Assembly: GCF_000186885.1 (NCBI RefSeq)
Contig: NC_014972.1
Span: 1,140,001-1,172,000, forward strand
Length of the DNA stretch: 32,000 nucleotides
From: Desulfobulbus propionicus DSM 2032
GTDB taxonomy: Bacteria > Desulfobacterota > Desulfobulbia > Desulfobulbales > Desulfobulbaceae
Direction: 5' to 3'
The notes below the pieces were generated by a model. The model ran no database searches. It had not been told where the DNA came from and was given only the letters and a program-made list of their open reading frames with translations. This document shows, piece by piece, positions 26,428 to 32,000 of the stretch. Made by a program: the position numbers and the translations under genes. The number at the start of each line of letters is the position of its first letter. The first letter of the stretch is position 1.

Positions 26428-26542
26428 AGTTGCATTCATGGCACAGAGACACGTATTGGCCTGACGCGAAAAGCCTAACTAAAAGAGCGGGATGCGGCGC
26501 GACGATGTGCCGATCCCGCCAAGCATGGACAAGGGAGAGCAC

Positions 26543-27205
26543 ATGAAGTCGTTTCATTATAAGGATGCCACCTATGAACTGGACGAGCAGGGGTGCCTGC
26601 TCGACCCCAAGACCTGGACGCCTGAGTTTGCCGAGGGCATGGCGCGCGAGTGCGATATTCCGGTGCTGTCGGGCGAGCACTGGGACGTTATTCGCTATGT
26701 TCGCGACGCCTATGAAAAAACAGGCATCTGCCCCACCATCTTCGCCGCCTGCAAGGCCAGCGGCCTTCGGCCCCAGGAGATGCAGAAACTCTTTCCCACT
26801 GGCTACCATCGCGGCCTATGCAGGGTGGCGGGCGTGCACTACCGGGTCAGTCACATGCCCTACGGAGCCCATCTCCGTGAAAGCATGGCCGATCTGCGCG
26901 CCCTGTCCGCGGACAAGGTCTACTCGACCGATGTGCGCGGTTTTCTTGTCGACCCCGACTCCTGGGACGAGAATTTCGCCATCCACCGGGCTGCGGAGAT
27001 GCGCATTCCCGGCGGCCAGCTGACCGACGAGCATTGGCGGATCATCTACTATTTGCGGGATGTGTACCAGGTGCAGCGCCGGATTCCCAATATCTATGAA
27101 ACCTGCGAGAGCTGCGACCTCGACCTGGACAGCTTCGAACAGCTCTTTCCCGACGGCTATCATCGCGGGGCGCTCAAAATAGCCGGCCTGCGGTTCGTGA
27201 AATAA
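26543..27205 (+). CDS. Double-domain DsrC/TusE-like sulfur-relay protein (copy 2)
   Basis: Same architecture as the upstream gene: DEQGCLLDPKTWTPEFAEGMARECDI…LFPTGYHRGLCRVAG and DVRGFLVDPDSWDENFAIHRAAEMRI…LFPDGYHRGALKIAGLRFVK. Confidence 0.8.
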   Translation: MKSFHYKDATYELDEQGCLLDPKTWTPEFAEGMARECDIPVLSGEHWDVIRYVRDAYEKTGICPTIFAACKASGLRPQEMQKLFPTGYHRGLCRVAGVHYRVSHMPYGAHLRESMADLRALSADKVYSTDVRGFLVDPDSWDENFAIHRAAEMRIPGGQLTDEHWRIIYYLRDVYQVQRRIPNIYETCESCDLDLDSFEQLFPDGYHRGALKIAGLRFVK

Positions 27206-27225
27206 CGTCCGACAGGAGCGAAAGG

Positions 27226-27543
27226 ATGAAAACAACCTTGATGGTGTGCAATGCCGAGCCGGAGGTGGTGTGGAACGCCTTTCGGATGGGCAATCTCATG
27301 CTCGAGCAGATGGATGACGTCACCCTGTTCCTCAACGGGCCGTCGGTGCGGTATGCGGCGATGGACTCCGAGCGCTTTCCCCTGGTGGAACTGGCGAAAA
27401 TATTCACCTTGTCCGAGGGGGTGCTCCTCGCTTGAGGCAAACTCCTTGACCTCCACGGCGTGGAGGCATCGTTCCACCAGCGGGCCAAACAGACCGACCT
27501 CTATCGCTTGATCGTCGAAAGCGACCGATTCATCACCTTTTAA
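27226..27543 (+). CDS. DsrE/DsrF-like protein, candidate selenoprotein with Sec encoded by TGA at 27433-27435 (105 aa including Sec)
   Basis: MKTTLMVCNAEPEVVWNAFRMGNLMLEQMDDVTLFLNGPSVRYAAMDSERFPLVELAKIFTLSEGVLLA-[TGA]-GKLLDLHGVEASFHQRAKQTDLYRLIVESDRFITF*. The frame stays open past TGA to TAA; TGA sits at the typical DsrE Cys position; hairpin downstream; selB nearby. Confidence 0.82.
27450..27466 (+). promoter_or_regulatory. Bacterial SECIS-like hairpin
   Basis: CCTCCAC-GGC-GTGGAGG, perfect 7-bp stem. The apical loop starts with G, 21 nt after the TGA. Confidence 0.75.
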
Positions 27544-27548
27544 GTGCG

Positions 27549-27587
27549 CCGGTTGTTCCGTCTTTCTTCGGAGCAACCGGTTTTTTT
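27549..27587 (+). terminator. Rho-independent terminator of the DsrC-like/DsrE-like transcript
   Basis: CCGGTTGTTCCG-tctttctt-CGGAGCAACCGG followed by TTTTTTT. Confidence 0.85.
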
Positions 27588-27603
27588 GGGTAGTGAGAGG
27601 AGG

Positions 27604-28269
27604 ATGTTGTACAGCACCATGAATACCCAGCGAGAAGGGGTGATCCTGCTCCATGGCTTGGCCCGTACCCGCCGCTCGATGCGGTCGCTGGCGCTTTTTC
27701 TCGGGCAGCGCGGATACACGGTGGTCAATGCGGGATATCGGTCATGTCGCGAACCCATCGAAACCCTGGCCCAATCGACCATCCCGCCGGCCATTGCCCA
27801 ACTGCGGCGGCAAGGCGTCGCCACCATCCACTGCGTCACCCATTCCATGGGCGGCATCCTGTTGCGTTTTTTTCTTTCGGTTGAACGTGTGCCCGAACTG
27901 GGGCGGGTGGTGATGCTCAGTCCGCCCAATCAGGGGAGCGAGCTGGTGGATTGCTTGTGCCGGTTTGCCTGGTTTCGCCGAGTTTTTGGTCCAGCGGGCT
28001 GTCAGTTGACCACAGGAACCGAGGGCCTGCCCGCTCGACTGGGGCCGGCGGACTTTCCGTTGGGGGTCATCACCGGCAACCGGCCGGCCATCGGTCTCGG
28101 TCAATTTTTTCCCGGTCCGAACGATGGCAAGGTGTCGGTAGCCCGTGCCCAGTTGGCGGGCATGGCGGACTTTCTCGAGGTGGGGTGCGGCCATTCACTG
28201 ATCATGCGCCACCGCCGGGTACAGGAGCAGGTGGCCCATTTCTTGGGTAATGGCCGGTTTGAACGGTAA
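27604..28269 (+). CDS. Alpha/beta hydrolase / lipase-like protein
   Basis: REGVILLHGLARTRRSM; IHCVTHSMGGILLRFFL (GxSxG-like HSMGG); VMLSPPNQGSE; CGHSLIMRH. Confidence 0.8.
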   Translation: MLYSTMNTQREGVILLHGLARTRRSMRSLALFLGQRGYTVVNAGYRSCREPIETLAQSTIPPAIAQLRRQGVATIHCVTHSMGGILLRFFLSVERVPELGRVVMLSPPNQGSELVDCLCRFAWFRRVFGPAGCQLTTGTEGLPARLGPADFPLGVITGNRPAIGLGQFFPGPNDGKVSVARAQLAGMADFLEVGCGHSLIMRHRRVQEQVAHFLGNGRFER

Positions 28270-28271
28270 GC

Positions 28272-30197
<1,926 letters not shown>

Positions 30198-30239
30198 GAA
30201 CGGACGGAACGGGGAACGCTGCCGTGGCCCGGGAGTGGG

Positions 30240-30872
30240 CTAGAGCTCAAGATAGGGGTTGGTCCGCAGTTCGCGGGCCAGGGTGGACTGCGACCCGCCA
30301 TACCCATGGCCGGGCCAGACCAGGGTCTCCGGCGGCAGGGGCATCAGACGGTTCTTGATGGCGTCGATCATCTGGCGTATGGAGCCCCCGGGAAAATCGG
30401 TGCGGCCGACCGCGCCGACAAAGAGGGTGTCGCCGGTGAAACAATGCGGCGGGCTATAGAGGCAGATGCCGCCCGGGGTGTGACCCGGCGTATGGATCAC
30501 CTGCAATTGCTCCTGGCCCACGGTGATCAGGTCGCCGTCGTGAACGACGATGTCGACCGGCGGCGACTCGGGCAGGCCGAGAGAGGAAAAATAGTCACGG
30601 ATGCGGGGATCGCCGAAATAGTCCACGTCCTCGGCGTGCATGACGATCTTGGCGCCGGTGGCCTGCTGGATGCGGCCGTTGCCGCACACGTGGTCTGGAT
30701 GGCCGTGGGTGTTGATGATATGGGTGACCCGCAGGCCATGGCTGGTGCAATAGTCGAGGATGCGGTCCTCGTCGCCGCCGGGGTCGATGACCGCGGCCTC
30801 TTTGGTCTGGTCGCAGGAAACGATGTAACAGCAGACCCCCATCATGCCGACGGTGAGTTGTTTGACAAGCAT
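30240..30872 (-). CDS. MBL-fold metallo-hydrolase (hydroxyacylglutathione hydrolase-like)
   Basis: VTHIINTHGHPDHVCGN; VIHTPGHTPGGICLY; FTGDTLF. Confidence 0.9.
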   Translation of the reverse strand: MLVKQLTVGMMGVCCYIVSCDQTKEAAVIDPGGDEDRILDYCTSHGLRVTHIINTHGHPDHVCGNGRIQQATGAKIVMHAEDVDYFGDPRIRDYFSSLGLPESPPVDIVVHDGDLITVGQEQLQVIHTPGHTPGGICLYSPPHCFTGDTLFVGAVGRTDFPGGSIRQMIDAIKNRLMPLPPETLVWPGHGYGGSQSTLARELRTNPYLEL

Positions 30873-30941
30873 AAACCTGATCCTCTGCGGTGGTTCCGGC
30901 GGCCGGATCGGGGTTCGGCCGCCGGAAGGTTGAATGGGCTA

Positions 30942-31886
30942 TTATTTGAGGGAGGTGCCGCAACCGCCGGAGCTGCAAGCACAGCCACCGGCAAAGGGGT
31001 TGACCGTCACCGGACCGGGCGGAAGGCGCTGCTCGACCGCGGACACGACCGCGTCAAAGGCCTTGATTGCGGGGCTGTCCTCCTCGCCGGACAGATAGGG
31101 GGTGCCGGTGTCGCCGGCCATGACCACCCGGGGATCCATGGGCACCCGGCCAAGAAAGGGCAGGTCGAAGTCGCGCGCGGTCTGCTCGCCGCCGCCCTTG
31201 CTGAAAATATCCACGGTTTCGCCGCAGTGGGGACAGACAAAGCCGGACATGTTCTCGACCACGCCGACGATCGGCATCTCCACCGCCTTGCAGAAGTTGA
31301 TCGACTTGCGCACATCGGCCAGGGCCACGGCCTGCGGAGTGGTGACCACCACCGCATGGACGCCGGGCATGGTCTGAGCCACGCTCAGCGGTTCGTCGCC
31401 GGTGCCGGGGGGCGCATCGACGATCAGATAGTCCAGTTCGCCCCAGTCCATGTCGGCGATAAACTGGCGGATGGCCTGAATTTTCAGCGGGCCGCGCCAG
31501 ATGACGGCGTCGTCGCGGTTCTTCATCATGTATTCCAGGCTGACCACCTTGAGGTTGTCGCTGTACTTGAGCGGCGGGATCAGGTCGTCGGGGTTGGCCG
31601 GCGCTTCCAGTGAGCCGGTGAGGTTGAGCATCCGGCAGACGTCCGGTCCGTGCAGGTCGACATCCATCAGGCCGACCTTGTGGCCCTTTTTGGCGAGACA
31701 CAGGGCCAGGTTGACGGCCACGGTCGATTTGCCAACCCCGCCCTTGCCGCTCATCACCAGAATTTTATTCTTGATTCTGCCCAAGGATCGGGTAATGGCG
31801 ATATCCTGCTGGGCCAGCCGTGCGTCGGCTGAACTGCAACTGCTTTGTTGACCGCTCCCGCAGGAGCTACCACACGAACTGCTCAT
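30942..31886 (-). CDS. mrp: Mrp/NBP35/ApbC family ATP-binding iron-sulfur carrier
   Basis: KILVMSGKGGVGKSTVAVNLALCLA; DYLIVDAPPGTGDEPLS; ENMSGFVCPHCGE; C-terminal GGCACSSGGCGTSLK. Confidence 0.93.
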   Translation of the reverse strand: MSSSCGSSCGSGQQSSCSSADARLAQQDIAITRSLGRIKNKILVMSGKGGVGKSTVAVNLALCLAKKGHKVGLMDVDLHGPDVCRMLNLTGSLEAPANPDDLIPPLKYSDNLKVVSLEYMMKNRDDAVIWRGPLKIQAIRQFIADMDWGELDYLIVDAPPGTGDEPLSVAQTMPGVHAVVVTTPQAVALADVRKSINFCKAVEMPIVGVVENMSGFVCPHCGETVDIFSKGGGEQTARDFDLPFLGRVPMDPRVVMAGDTGTPYLSGEEDSPAIKAFDAVVSAVEQRLPPGPVTVNPFAGGCACSSGGCGTSLK

Positions 31887-32000
31887 CTATTGCCTCCAAC
31901 GATAAAAATGGTGGTGAAGAAAAAAGGGGGGAAATCGCGGTGCGCATCGCCCAATGGATTGTGTGTGCTTTCTCCAACAGGTTGCCGAAGGGCAAACGGT

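Noticed and set aside
27433-27435. TGA read as a premature stop/pseudogene in the DsrE-like gene
   Set aside because: The frame stays open and family-like to a TAA followed by a terminator, with a correctly spaced SECIS-like hairpin and selB nearby. Sec decoding is the better explanation.

Overview
This 32 kb window appears to come from a GC-rich genome, probably a deltaproteobacterial-type sulfur-metabolising bacterium (inference). It mixes ordinary housekeeping genes with AT-rich accessory DNA. From left to right: (1) a likely Type II restriction-modification pair (MTase 328-1845, PD-(D/E)XK-like protein 1852-2958). (2) Two half-size YeeE/YedE sulfur-transport-type genes flanked by related palindromic repeat units. 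(3) A compact ~9.1 kb integrative, satellite-like element, about 5230-14372. It has a tyrosine integrase, a P4/D5-type helicase-primase, three tiny overlapping genes and a cargo module, and it is inserted inside the hisF half of a fused hisHF gene. The displaced hisF 3' end lies left of the element (4878-5229). A diverged 3' end, apparently carried by the element, restores the full-length ORF (14020-15594). A 27-bp identical core (cccttgacggtgcactggtaccagcag) sits at both junctions. (4) Element cargo: a GHKL (MORC/MutL-like) ATPase with a C-terminal PD-(D/E)XK-like nuclease motif, followed by two glycine-zipper/membrane-like proteins. This is the best candidate for an undescribed defence or conflict system here. 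(5) A NTP-transferase/sugar-kinase pair, der, an Hpt protein, tilS, and a ZraP/ZraSR-like metal/envelope stress locus with a near-consensus sigma-54 promoter. (6) A sulfur-relay cluster: a rhodanese-ferritin-like fusion, two tandem genes each encoding a double DsrC/TusE-like protein, and a DsrE-like gene interrupted by an in-frame TGA. That TGA is followed by a perfect SECIS-like hairpin, with selB only ~0.7 kb downstream, so it is a strong selenoprotein candidate. (7) An alpha/beta hydrolase, selB, an MBL-fold hydrolase and an Mrp-type ATPase. All calls come from reading the sequence and the supplied ORF track; no database searches or folding programs were run.
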